A stretch of DNA of 64,000 nt, taken from NCBI GenBank assembly GCA_017455685.1, contig JAFSZH010000041.1:98545-162544 (forward strand), written 5' to 3'. The DNA is from Oscillospiraceae bacterium (lineage in GTDB: Bacteria > Bacillota > Clostridia > Oscillospirales > Oscillospiraceae). Numbering within the stretch: position 1 is the first letter of the stretch; each line of letters opens with the position of its first letter. Below the pieces are notes generated by a model. That model made no database searches. It saw nothing but the letters and a program-made list of their open reading frames with translations, and had not been told where the DNA came from. Shown here piece after piece: positions 38,987 through 48,187 of the stretch. Both the position numbers and the translations under genes were made by a program.

Positions 38987-39694
38987 TTGCGTCTGCAAAA
39001 ATATCTGTCCGCCTGCGGGGCCTGCTCCCGCCGGAAGGCCGAGGAGCTGATCCTCGCCGGCCGTGTCCGCGTCAACGGCGTTACCGCCGTGCTGGGACAG
39101 AGCGTCAACGAGGAGGAAGACGCGGTGGAGCTGGACGGAACGCTCCTCGCGCTGCCCGAGAAGCATACATATATCATGCTTTACAAGCCTCGGGGCTGCG
39201 TAACGACCCTCTCGGACCCCCAGGGAAGGCAGACCGTGGCGGAGCTGGTGTCCGACGCCGGGGTGCGTCTCTATCCCGTGGGGCGGCTGGACGTGCAGTC
39301 CGAGGGCCTGCTGCTCATGACGGACGACGGGGAGACGGCCAACAAGTTGGCCCATCCCTCTCACGGCGTGGAGAAGACCTATCGGGTCTGGGTTCGGGGA
39401 GAAAACTGCGCGGAAAAGCTGTCATGTCTGCGGGAGCCGGTAAAGTATGAAAAAGAAACCTACCATGCGCTGTCCGTAGAACTCCTGCACGCGGGGAAGA
39501 CCAGAGCGCGTGCGGATATCACCGTGGCTGAGGGAAAAAACCACGAGGTACGCAACATGTGCGCCGCGGTTGGACTGCAGGTGGAGCGGCTGCTCCGATG
39601 GCGGCAGGGAGAGCTCACGCTCAGAAACATGGCCGCCGGAGAGTGGCGATATCTGACCCACGCAGAGATCAATTCCCTGGAACGGCTCGAATGA
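38987..39694 (+). CDS. RsuA/RluB-type pseudouridine synthase
   Basis: S4 domain (RLQKYLS..G..SRR.AE.LI), GRLD catalytic motif, and EG(K/G)NHEVR. TTG start after GAAGGAGGGAG. Confidence 0.88.
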   Translation: MRLQKYLSACGACSRRKAEELILAGRVRVNGVTAVLGQSVNEEEDAVELDGTLLALPEKHTYIMLYKPRGCVTTLSDPQGRQTVAELVSDAGVRLYPVGRLDVQSEGLLLMTDDGETANKLAHPSHGVEKTYRVWVRGENCAEKLSCLREPVKYEKETYHALSVELLHAGKTRARADITVAEGKNHEVRNMCAAVGLQVERLLRWRQGELTLRNMAAGEWRYLTHAEINSLERLE

Positions 39695-39737
39695 CGCTTT
39701 GAACTTCAAATTAGTTTTATAAAAAATGAATAATCAG

Positions 39738-39790
39738 GCCGATTTTGCATTTTTTCATTTAAATCCTGCAAAATCGGCTTGCTTTTCTGT
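39738..39790 (+). terminator. intrinsic terminator
   Basis: CCGATTTTGCA, 17-nt loop, TGCAAAATCGG, then CTTGCTTTTCTG. Confidence 0.7.
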
Positions 39791-39866
39791 AAATGAGGGG
39801 ATAGAATGAGCGTGCCCGGGGGGAGCTTCCGGGAGACGATCTATTACGAAATGACGGTGAAGAAAA

Positions 39867-40730
39867 ATGGAACGGGATATCCTTGCGCTGATCAATAAAG
39901 AAAGCCATAAGTTTTCCAAAGGGCAGCGGATGATCTGTAAATATATTTCGGAAAACTATGATAAAGCTGCGTTTATGACGGCGGGCAAGCTGGGCGAGAC
40001 GGTGGGCGTCTCCGAATCCACCGTGGTGCGCTTTGCCTCCGAGCTGGGGTACGACGGCTATCCCGGCATGCGCCGCGCCATGCAGGAAATGATCCGCAAC
40101 CGCCTCACCGCTGTGCAGCGCATCGAGGTGGCCAAGCAGCAGATCGACAGCGGCAATTTGCTGGACGCCGTGCTCTCCACCGATATGGAAAAGCTGCGCC
40201 TCACGCTGGAGGAGATTAACAAGGAAGACTTTGACCGGGCTGTCAGCGAGATTCTCAAAGCCAACACGGTTTATATCGTAGGCATGCGTTCCTCCACGGC
40301 CCTTGCCAACTTCATGGGCTTTTATCTGAATCTGCTGATGGACAACGTGCGGCTCCTGCACGATACCTCGGTCAGCGAGGTATACGAGCAGGTCTTCCGC
40401 ATCCACGAGGGAGACGTGTTCATCGGCATCAGTTATCCCCGGTATTCTTCCCGGACCATCAAGGCCATGCAGTTTGCCAAGTCCGCCGGCGCCACGGTCA
40501 TCGGCATCACCGACGGCGAATCCTCGCCCTTCGTGGGCCTTGCCGACGTGAACCTCTTTGCCAAGAGCGATATGGTGTCCTTCCTGGATTCTCTGGTGGC
40601 ACCCATGAGCCTTATCAACGCGCTGATCGTGGCTATCGGCATCCGTCGTCCCGAGAACCTCTCCGAGACCTTCAATCATCTGGAAGGAATCTGGAGCGAA
40701 TATGACGTCTATGAAAAGCTCGACGAGTGA
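39867..40730 (+). CDS. MurR/RpiR family transcriptional regulator
   Basis: N-terminal HTH_6 (TAGKLGETVGVSESTVVRFA) plus a SIS domain. Confidence 0.88.
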   Translation: MERDILALINKESHKFSKGQRMICKYISENYDKAAFMTAGKLGETVGVSESTVVRFASELGYDGYPGMRRAMQEMIRNRLTAVQRIEVAKQQIDSGNLLDAVLSTDMEKLRLTLEEINKEDFDRAVSEILKANTVYIVGMRSSTALANFMGFYLNLLMDNVRLLHDTSVSEVYEQVFRIHEGDVFIGISYPRYSSRTIKAMQFAKSAGATVIGITDGESSPFVGLADVNLFAKSDMVSFLDSLVAPMSLINALIVAIGIRRPENLSETFNHLEGIWSEYDVYEKLDE

Positions 40731-41952
40731 TCTGATCGTCATCGGCAGCGGTCCCGCCGGGATGATGTGCGCTGTCACCTCCGCGCAGAGAGGCGCGAAG
40801 GTGCTGGTGATGGACCCGAACGGCCGGGTAGGGAAGAAACTTCGCATCACAGGGAAAGGGCGCTGCAACGTGACAAGCGACACAGAGCCCCGGGATTTTC
40901 TGCAGAATATCTGCACAAACGAAAAGTTCTTCAAGAGCGCTCTGTACGCCTTTCCGCCCTCGGCGGTCAAGGAGTTTTTTGAGGCAGCCGGCGTTCCGCT
41001 GAAAACGGAACGGGGCGAGCGCGTTTTTCCGGTGTCCGATAACGCTAACGACGTGGCGGACGCTCTGGACAGGATGGCCAGGGAGGCGGGCGTCGATTTT
41101 TCCCGGGAACGGGTACGGCGTTTGCTCATCATCGACGGTGCCGTACAGGGCGTAGAGACCGATAACGGTCGCTATTCCTGTACGGCCGCGGCAGTTTGTA
41201 CGGGAGGGCTGTCCTATCCCGCCACCGGCTCCACCGGCGACGGCTACGCTCTTGCCGGAGCGGCGGGGCACACTGTAGTCACGCCCAGGGCGTCTCTGGT
41301 GCCCTGGGAGGCCGAGCCTGACTGCGCCCGGCTCCAGGGGCTCTCCCTTCGGAACGTGGGGCTGAAACTGTACCAAGGGGACAAGCTGCTGTATCGGGAC
41401 CAGGGGGAGATGCTCTTTACTCATTTCGGCGTGTCCGGACCGCTGATCCTGACCGCCAGCACTTTTCTCCGGGCCGCCGATCCGCAGCCGTATATAGAGA
41501 TCGACCTGAAGCCCGCCCTGACGCCGGAGAAGCTGGACGAGCGGCTTTTGCGGGATTTCGCCGGGAACGCCAACAAGGACTTCATCAACGCCCTGGACGA
41601 ACTGCTGCCCCAGAAGCTTATCCCGCTGGTAGTGGAGCGTTCCGGCATCGGCGAGCGGAGGAAGGTCAACTCCATCACCCGGGAGGAGCGGCTTCGGCTG
41701 CGGGATCTTCTCAAATGCTTCACCATCCGGCTCATCCGTCCCCGGGGGGTGGAAGAGGCCATCGTCACCGCCGGCGGCGTGGACGTGAAGGAGATCAATC
41801 CCCGCACTATGGAATCAAAGCTCGTGCATGGGCTGTATTTTGCCGGCGAGGTGCTGGATATCGACGGCCGCACCGGCGGCTTCAATCTTCAGATCGCGTG
41901 GAGCACCGGCCGTATGGCCGGGAAATCCGTTCCGTTGGAGGAAATGATATGA
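40702..41952 (+). CDS. HI0933/BaiN-like NAD(P)/FAD-dependent flavoprotein
   Basis: GSGPAGMM dinucleotide motif, TGKGRCN, and ITAGGV near the C-terminus. 29-nt overlap with rpiR. Confidence 0.85.
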   Translation: MTSMKSSTSDLIVIGSGPAGMMCAVTSAQRGAKVLVMDPNGRVGKKLRITGKGRCNVTSDTEPRDFLQNICTNEKFFKSALYAFPPSAVKEFFEAAGVPLKTERGERVFPVSDNANDVADALDRMAREAGVDFSRERVRRLLIIDGAVQGVETDNGRYSCTAAAVCTGGLSYPATGSTGDGYALAGAAGHTVVTPRASLVPWEAEPDCARLQGLSLRNVGLKLYQGDKLLYRDQGEMLFTHFGVSGPLILTASTFLRAADPQPYIEIDLKPALTPEKLDERLLRDFAGNANKDFINALDELLPQKLIPLVVERSGIGERRKVNSITREERLRLRDLLKCFTIRLIRPRGVEEAIVTAGGVDVKEINPRTMESKLVHGLYFAGEVLDIDGRTGGFNLQIAWSTGRMAGKSVPLEEMI

Positions 41953-42626
41953 GTACGTTTTCTGTTGCCATCGACGGTCCTTCCGGGGCCGGGAAGAGTA
42001 CCATCGCCCGCGCCGTGGCAAGTGAGTTCTCTTTTTTGTACGTCGATACCGGCGCCATCTACCGCACGGTGGGACTGGCCGTTCGGCGCGCCGGCGTCGG
42101 TTCCCGGGACGCTGAGGCCGTCCGTGCGCTGCTGCCGGAGCTGAAGATTGATCTTCGCTACGGCGAGGACGGCGCGCAGCGCATGTTTCTTGCCGGCGAG
42201 GACGTGTCCGACGAGATCCGTACGCCGGAGATCTCCATCTACGCCTCGGACGTGTCAGCCTTCGCCTTCGTCCGGGAATATCTGATGGAGATGCAGCGCT
42301 CCCTGGCCCGCACGTATGACGTGATCATGGACGGGCGTGACATCGGCACTGTGGTGCTGCCTGACGCCACTCTGAAGATCTTTCTGACTGCGTCTGCGGA
42401 AGCCCGTGCGGAACGCCGGTGGAAGGAGCTGCTGGAAAAGGGACAGACCGTTACCTTTGAGGAAGTGCTGCGGGATATGGAATACCGCGATAGAAACGAC
42501 AGCAGCCGGGAGGCGGCGCCGCTGAAAGCGGCGGAGGACGCGATCGTCGTGGATACCACGGAGCTGAACTTTGAAGAGAGCTGCGAGAAAGTAAAAGAAC
42601 TGATCCGGGAGAGAATGAAAAAATGA
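41949..42626 (+). CDS. cmk: cytidylate kinase
   Basis: Motifs IDGPSGAGKST and DTGAIYR. ATGA overlap; the long upstream ORF extension is rejected. Confidence 0.93.
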   Translation: MSTFSVAIDGPSGAGKSTIARAVASEFSFLYVDTGAIYRTVGLAVRRAGVGSRDAEAVRALLPELKIDLRYGEDGAQRMFLAGEDVSDEIRTPEISIYASDVSAFAFVREYLMEMQRSLARTYDVIMDGRDIGTVVLPDATLKIFLTASAEARAERRWKELLEKGQTVTFEEVLRDMEYRDRNDSSREAAPLKAAEDAIVVDTTELNFEESCEKVKELIRERMKK

Positions 42627-43207
42627 AAAACCGGCGGTTTTATAAGTTCCTTTATATCCTTGCCCGCCCGCTGGCGGCGATCTTCATGCCGTACCGGGTG
42701 TACGGCCGGGAGAATATCCCCGATGGGGCGGCTATCATCTGCCCCAACCACTCCCATATCCTCGACCCGATCCTGGTGTCGCTGGCCATGGGGTTTATCC
42801 ATTTCTGCCGCCACGTATCCAAAGCGGAGGCGAAAAAGAATCCTGTCTATAAATGGCTTCTGGATACGGCCGGATCCATTTACGTCAGACGCGGAGAAGC
42901 GGATATAGAGTCTTACAAGACGTGTATCCGCACGCTGAAAGCAGGGGAGAAGCTCATGATCTTTCCGGAGGGCACCCGCGTCCACGGCGACAGCGTGGTG
43001 GAGCCCAAATCCGGCGTGATCCGCATGGCGGCCAGGTCCGGTGCTCCCATCGTTCCTGTGTATATTCCCCGGGACAGAAAGCTGTTCCGGCGTTATCCCA
43101 TCGTTTTCGGCGAGCCGTATACCATTGAAAAAGCCGGCCACGAAGACTACGACCCCATGGCTCGTGAGCTGATGGACAGGATCTGGGCGCTGAAGAGGGA
43201 AGAATGA
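42623..43207 (+). CDS. plsC: 1-acyl-sn-glycerol-3-phosphate acyltransferase
   Basis: NHSHILD (HX4D) and FPEGTR motifs. Confidence 0.88.
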   Translation: MKNRRFYKFLYILARPLAAIFMPYRVYGRENIPDGAAIICPNHSHILDPILVSLAMGFIHFCRHVSKAEAKKNPVYKWLLDTAGSIYVRRGEADIESYKTCIRTLKAGEKLMIFPEGTRVHGDSVVEPKSGVIRMAARSGAPIVPVYIPRDRKLFRRYPIVFGEPYTIEKAGHEDYDPMARELMDRIWALKREE

Positions 43208-45357
43208 TGGGAAAGTATATTCTCGCCGGGAGCGCGGGGTTTTGTTTTGGCGTGGAACGCTCCATCCGCATCGCGGAGGAAGCGCTGCGCTCCGGCCCCT
43301 GCTGCTGCCTGGGCGAGCTGATCCACAACCGGGACGTGGTGGAGGAGCTGGAGAGCCAGGGACTGCGAACCATCGAGAACGCGGACGAGCTGCCGGAGGG
43401 CGAACGGGTGGTGATCCGTGCCCACGGCGCGTCGAGCGAAGTCTACGACGCGCTGAACGCCCGGCAAGGACAGATCATCGACGCCACTTGTCCTCTCGTT
43501 TTGCGGATCCACAGGATCGTCCGGGAAGCGGGGAACGCGCTGCGGCGCGTCATCGTGGTTGGAGACAGAAACCATCCGGAGGTTCGCGGCATCTGCGGCT
43601 GGTGCTCCGAAGCCGCGGTCGTGTCTGACGCCGAGGAGCTGTCCGCCTGGCTGGAGGAGGATCCGTCCCGCGCGCAGGCCCCTCTCACAGTAGTGTTTCA
43701 GACGACGCAGATCCGAGAAAACTTCATTGAAATCGAAAAAATCTTAAAAAAAAGATGTACAAACGCGGAAATATTTGATACAATCTGTGGAGCAACTGCG
43801 GATCGGCAGGGAGAGGCCATCCGATTGGCCCAAAAATGTGACGCCATGGTGGTCATCGGCGGGGCGCACAGCGCCAACAGCGTCCATCTGGCACAGCTTT
43901 GCCGCCGATACTGTTCCAACGTTGCGTTTGTTTCCGGCGCGGCCGAACTGGATCCCGACCAGTTCCGTCAGGCCGGTCTGATTGGTATCACCGCCGGTGC
44001 TTCTGTACCGCCGAGGATCATAAAGGAGGTAGTAAAAAAAATGAGCGACGAGATCAAGATCGAAGAAACCACCGCGGAGGATGTCGCTGCGACTGTGGCC
44101 GAAGAGGCCGCCCCTGTTGAAGCTGTGCCTGCAGTGGAGGAGGAGCCCGCTGCAAGCAAGCCCGATTCCGAAAAGACGTTTGATGAACTGCTGGAGGATT
44201 CCATCAGAACGATAAATAACGGAGACACTGTTTCCGGTTATGTTGTCTCCATCACCGCCACGGAAGTCACCGTTGACCTGGGCACGAAGCATTCCGGATA
44301 CATCCCTGTGACCGAGTTCACCAACGACGGCGCGCTGAAGATTGAAGACGTCGTCCACGTGGGTGACAAGGTCGAAGCGTGCGTTGTCCGTGTCAACGAC
44401 GTGGAAGGCACCGTGATGCTCTCCAAGAAGCGTCTGGACTCCATCAAATCCTGGACCGACGTGGAGAACGCACAGGCTGAAGGCACTGTGGTGGAAGGTA
44501 AAGACACCGAGGAGAACAAGGGCGGCGTGGTCGTCAACATCAAGGGCATCCGCGTGTTCGTTCCTGCCTCCCAGACCGGCCTGCCCAGGGAAGCCGCCAT
44601 GAGCGAGCTGGTTGGACAGACTGTTCGCATGAAGATCACCGAGGTCAATCGGGGACGCAAGCGCGTCGTCGGCTCCATCCGTGCCGTTGCCAACCGGGAG
44701 CGCAAGGAGCGCGCGGAGAAGATCTGGAACGAGATCGAGGTCGGCAAGCACTATGAGGGCACCGTCAAGTCCATGACTTCTTACGGCGCTTTCGTGGACA
44801 TCGGCGGCATCGACGGCATGGTCCACGTGTCCGAGATCAGCTGGGATCGCATCAACAAGCCCTCCGACGTGCTGAACGTGGGCGACAAGATCGACGTTTA
44901 CGTCATCAGCTTCGATAAGGAAAACCGCAAGATCTCCCTGGGTCACCGGGATCCCGATAAGAATCCCTGGAAGGTGTTCACCGACACCTACGCCGTGGGC
45001 GACATCGCCAAGGTCAAGATCGTCAAGCTGATGCCCTTCGGCGCCTTTGCCGAGGTCCTCTCCGGCGTTGACGGCCTGATCCACATCTCCCAGATCGCGA
45101 ACCGCCGGATCGGCCAGCCCTCCGAGGTGCTGACTGTGGGCGATATCGTGGACGCCAAGATCACCAATATCGACAACGAGAAGCAGAAGATCTCCCTGTC
45201 CATCCGCGCTCTGAGCGAGCCCGCCCCGGCGCGCAAGGCCGAGGAAGCTCCCGCCGAGCACGATGAAGAGCCAGCCGAGGATGCTCTGGTCTACGAGGTC
45301 TCTTCCGACGGCGTCGCCACCGGCGAAGCCCCCGAGGAAGTCCCTGTCGAGGAATGA
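43204..45357 (+). CDS. ispH: bifunctional IspH (HMBPP reductase) / ribosomal protein S1 fusion
   Basis: The N-terminal ~280 aa are LytB (GFCFGV, IHN, CP.V). An acidic linker follows, then four S1 repeats (G..V.G.V......GA.V). Confidence 0.9.
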   Translation: MMGKYILAGSAGFCFGVERSIRIAEEALRSGPCCCLGELIHNRDVVEELESQGLRTIENADELPEGERVVIRAHGASSEVYDALNARQGQIIDATCPLVLRIHRIVREAGNALRRVIVVGDRNHPEVRGICGWCSEAAVVSDAEELSAWLEEDPSRAQAPLTVVFQTTQIRENFIEIEKILKKRCTNAEIFDTICGATADRQGEAIRLAQKCDAMVVIGGAHSANSVHLAQLCRRYCSNVAFVSGAAELDPDQFRQAGLIGITAGASVPPRIIKEVVKKMSDEIKIEETTAEDVAATVAEEAAPVEAVPAVEEEPAASKPDSEKTFDELLEDSIRTINNGDTVSGYVVSITATEVTVDLGTKHSGYIPVTEFTNDGALKIEDVVHVGDKVEACVVRVNDVEGTVMLSKKRLDSIKSWTDVENAQAEGTVVEGKDTEENKGGVVVNIKGIRVFVPASQTGLPREAAMSELVGQTVRMKITEVNRGRKRVVGSIRAVANRERKERAEKIWNEIEVGKHYEGTVKSMTSYGAFVDIGGIDGMVHVSEISWDRINKPSDVLNVGDKIDVYVISFDKENRKISLGHRDPDKNPWKVFTDTYAVGDIAKVKIVKLMPFGAFAEVLSGVDGLIHISQIANRRIGQPSEVLTVGDIVDAKITNIDNEKQKISLSIRALSEPAPARKAEEAPAEHDEEPAEDALVYEVSSDGVATGEAPEEVPVEE

Positions 45358-45370
45358 TCCACAATGAAAC

Positions 45371-45406
45371 AAAAAAGGAAGCGTCGTTATCGATGCTTCC
45401 TTTTTT
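45371..45406 (+). terminator. intrinsic terminator
   Basis: AAAAAAGGAAGC-gtcgttatcgat-GCTTCCTTTTTT. Confidence 0.85.
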
Positions 45407-45415
45407 CATACCTGT

Positions 45416-45444
45416 TTGACACTCGCAGGGAATTATGCTAAAGT
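45416..45444 (+). promoter_or_regulatory. tRNA-Leu promoter
   Basis: TTGACA (45416-21), 17 nt, TAAAGT (45439-44). Confidence 0.55.
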
Positions 45445-45456
45445 AATCCGCGTCCT

Positions 45457-45539
45457 GCGGGTATGATGGAATTGGCAGACATGCAGGATTTAGGTTCCTG
45501 TGCGCAAGCGTTGGGGTTCGACTCCCCATACCCGCACCA
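45457..45539 (+). tRNA. tRNA-Leu (anticodon TAG)
   Basis: Acceptor GCGGGTA/TACCCGC, anticodon arm CAGGA-TTTAGGT-TCCTG, long variable arm, T arm TGGGG-TTCGACT-CCCCA, CCA encoded. Confidence 0.9.
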
Positions 45540-45573
45540 AAAGGCAGCGGCCCCTTGCGGGCCGCTGCCTTTT
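45539..45573. terminator. bidirectional intrinsic terminator
   Basis: AAAA-GGCAGCGGCCC-cttgc-GGGCCGCTGCC-TTTT, an 11-bp GC stem flanked by A and T tracts. Confidence 0.85.
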
Positions 45574-45582
45574 GGTAACAAG

Positions 45583-45621
45583 GGGAGTCGAACCCGAGCG
45601 GGAGTGAATGGAGCGCCGGGG
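45583..45621. repeat. copy B of the 34-nt T-loop-like repeat
   Basis: Core 45588-45621, tcgaacccgagcggGagtgaatggaGCgccgggg, is 31/34 identical to 12616-12649. The minus strand reads GGGTTCGACTCCCCTTGTTACCA. Confidence 0.7.
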
Positions 45622-45730
45622 ATAGGACAGCGTGGACTCTTCAAAAAACAGCAGCATTATGACATTAATTTGAAAAAACAAGTGACAGAACGGGGAATGA
45701 TATGATAATATAATCTGGTGAACACAGGAG

Positions 45731-45763
45731 ACCGGCGGAGCGATACATTCATTCGCCGGTTTT
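45731..45763 (+). promoter_or_regulatory. terminator-like hairpin in the nfnAB leader
   Basis: ACCGGCG, 16-nt loop, CGCCGGT, then TTTGG. Located between candidate -10 boxes (45706-45714) and the start codon. Confidence 0.3.
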
Positions 45764-45795
45764 GGCGTGATTACGAAAGAAAGGATAGTGTGTCT

Positions 45796-46647
45796 ATGTT
45801 TCCTATTGTGAGCAAGCGGCCCCTGAATGAAGCCGGCACGGTCATTGAATACGTCATCAAGGCCCCGCTGGTTGCCAGAAAGTGCCTTCCCGGCCAGTTT
45901 ATCGTCCTGCGTTTGGACGAGTACGGCGAGCGTGTGCCCCTCACCATTGCAGACTATGACCGCGAAGCCGGTACTGTTACCATCATGGTCCAGCCTGTGG
46001 GTCAGACCACGAAAATGCTGGAGCTCATGGAGCCCGGCGATGAGCTGGCGGACTTTGTCGGCCCCATGGGCAAGCCCACCGAGATCGGTCATCAGAAGCG
46101 CGTCTGCGTGGTCGGAGGCGGCGTGGGCTGCGCCATCAGCTATCCCGTGGCCAAGGGTATGTGGGAAGCCGGCATCGAGGTAGATATGGTCGCCGGATTC
46201 CGGAGCAAGGACATCGTGATCCTGGAAAAGGAAATGCGCGAGCACACCACCAACCTGTATATCTGCACGGACGACGGATCCTATGGCGAAAAGTGCTTCG
46301 GCAACGCCAAGCTGGAACAGCTCATCAAGTACGGCCGGGAGTATGACGAGGTGTTTATCGTCGGCCCGCTGAAGATGATGAAGTTCACCGCGCTGACCAC
46401 CAAGCCTTACGGCATCAAGACCATCTGCTCTCTCTGCCCGATCATGATCGACGCCTCCGGCATGTGCGGCGGCTGCCGCGTCACCGTAGGCGGCGAGACC
46501 AAATTCGCCTGCGTAGACGGCCCCGATTTCGACGGACATCAGGTGGACTGGGACGAGCTGATCGCCCGCAATTCCTTCTACGCCGGGGAAGAGGAGCACG
46601 CCAAAGAGCATATCTGCAAGATCACGGGAGGTGTGAGACATGGCTGA
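45796..46647 (+). CDS. nfnA: NfnA-like FAD/NAD-binding, [2Fe-2S] subunit (sulfide/dihydroorotate dehydrogenase-like)
   Basis: Motifs PGQF..LR, GP.G, and C-terminal Cys cluster C..MIDASGMCGGCR. Paired with the GltD-like subunit. Confidence 0.85.
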   Translation: MFPIVSKRPLNEAGTVIEYVIKAPLVARKCLPGQFIVLRLDEYGERVPLTIADYDREAGTVTIMVQPVGQTTKMLELMEPGDELADFVGPMGKPTEIGHQKRVCVVGGGVGCAISYPVAKGMWEAGIEVDMVAGFRSKDIVILEKEMREHTTNLYICTDDGSYGEKCFGNAKLEQLIKYGREYDEVFIVGPLKMMKFTALTTKPYGIKTICSLCPIMIDASGMCGGCRVTVGGETKFACVDGPDFDGHQVDWDELIARNSFYAGEEEHAKEHICKITGGVRHG

Positions 46648-48046
46648 GCGTAATATGAGCATGACCAAAAACCCCATGCCGGAGCAGGATCCCCTGGTCC
46701 GAAACCATAACTTTGAGGAAGTGGCGAAGGGCTATACCGCCGAAATGGCCATGAACGAAGCAGCCCGCTGCCTGCAGTGCAGAAAGCCCCGCTGCATGAG
46801 CGGCTGCCCTGTGAACGTGCGCATTCCCGAGTTCGTCGCCAAGGTCGCCGCTGGCGAGTTTGAGGAAGCATACAAGATCATCACCTCCACCAACGCGCTT
46901 CCCGCCGTCTGCGGCCGCGTCTGCCCCCAGGAAAACCAGTGCGAAGGTCAGTGCGTCCGCGGCGTCAAGGGTGAGAGCGTGGGTATCGGACGCATGGAGC
47001 GCTTTGTGGCCGACTGGCACGCCGCCCACGCGGACGAGTTCCCCAAGCCCGAAAAGCCCGCCGGCAACGGTCACCGCGTAGCGGTGGTGGGCTCCGGCCC
47101 CGCCGGACTGACTTGTGCGGGGGACCTGGCCCGGATGGGTTATGACGTAACGGTCTATGAGCTCTTTCACAAGGCCGGCGGCGTGCTGGTATACGGCATC
47201 CCCGAGTTCCGTCTGCCCAAGGCCATCGTGGCAAGAGAGGTTGCCGGTCTGGAGGAACTGGGCGTCAAGGTCGTCACCAACGCCGTCGTGGGCCGCGCTA
47301 TCTCCGTGGACGAGCTGCTGACCGAAGAGGGCTACGAGGCCGTGTTCCTGGGCTCCGGCGCCGGTCTGCCCCGGTTCCTGGTCATCCCCGGGGAGAGCCT
47401 GCTGGGCGTCTACTCCGCCAACGAGTATCTGACCCGCATCAATCTGATGAAGGCCTACCGGGAGGATTACGACACGCCTATCAAGCACCACAAGAAGGTG
47501 GCCGTCGTTGGCGCCGGCAACGTGGCCATGGACGCCGCACGCTGCGCAAAACGCATGGGCGCCGAGAAGGTCTATATCGTCTACCGCCGTGGCATGGAAG
47601 AAGTCCCCGCTCGTAAGGAAGAGGTCCACCACGCCATGGAGGAGGAAGTGGAGTTCAAGCTGCTCACAAACCCGGTGAAGGTCATCGGCGACGAGAACGG
47701 CTACGTCACCGGCATTGAGTGCATTTCCATGGAGCTGGGCGAGCCAGACGAAAAAGGCCGCCGCCGTCCTATCCCCGTAGAGGGCTCCAACTTCGTGCTT
47801 GAGGTCGACGCCATGATCGACGCGCTGGGCACCAGCCCCAACCCGCTGCTCCGCATGACCACCGAGGGCCTGGAAGCCGACAAGCACGGCTGCCTCATCG
47901 CCGATGAAAAGGGGCAGACCTCCCGCGAGGGCGTGTTCGCCGGCGGTGACGCTGTCACGGGCGCTGCTACCGTCATCCTGGCCATGGGCGCCGGCAAGAC
48001 CGCCGCTGCCGCCATCGACGAGTATATCAAGGCCAAAAACGCCTGA
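46640..48046 (+). CDS. nfnB: NfnB / GltD-like NADPH-dependent oxidoreductase subunit
   Basis: Two Cys clusters (CLQCRKPRC..GCP; CGRVCP..CEG.C) and two GxGxxG motifs (VGSGPAG; VGAGNVA). Confidence 0.88.
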   Translation: MAERNMSMTKNPMPEQDPLVRNHNFEEVAKGYTAEMAMNEAARCLQCRKPRCMSGCPVNVRIPEFVAKVAAGEFEEAYKIITSTNALPAVCGRVCPQENQCEGQCVRGVKGESVGIGRMERFVADWHAAHADEFPKPEKPAGNGHRVAVVGSGPAGLTCAGDLARMGYDVTVYELFHKAGGVLVYGIPEFRLPKAIVAREVAGLEELGVKVVTNAVVGRAISVDELLTEEGYEAVFLGSGAGLPRFLVIPGESLLGVYSANEYLTRINLMKAYREDYDTPIKHHKKVAVVGAGNVAMDAARCAKRMGAEKVYIVYRRGMEEVPARKEEVHHAMEEEVEFKLLTNPVKVIGDENGYVTGIECISMELGEPDEKGRRRPIPVEGSNFVLEVDAMIDALGTSPNPLLRMTTEGLEADKHGCLIADEKGQTSREGVFAGGDAVTGAATVILAMGAGKTAAAAIDEYIKAKNA

Positions 48047-48069
48047 TCACTCAGAAGAAATATGTTATA

Positions 48070-48103
48070 GAAGAGCACGCCGATCTCCGGCGTGCTCTTC
48101 TTT
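48070..48103 (+). terminator. intrinsic terminator
   Basis: GAAGAGCACGCCG-atctc-CGGCGTGCTCTTC followed by TTTG. Confidence 0.8.
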
Positions 48104-48187
48104 GCACGGGAGTACGGCTCGCTTCGCCTTGACATTCCCGTCTGGGCTGTGGTATTTTTATAGCCAGTTTTTCGGGAGTGATACGCT

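Noticed and set aside
43744-45372. 542-aa minus-strand ORF antisense to ispH::rpsA, and similar ones at 50780-52438, 46622-47887, 52745-54004 and 39759-41132
   Set aside because: All are antisense to genes with clear family motifs and lack any of their own. This pattern is expected at this GC content.
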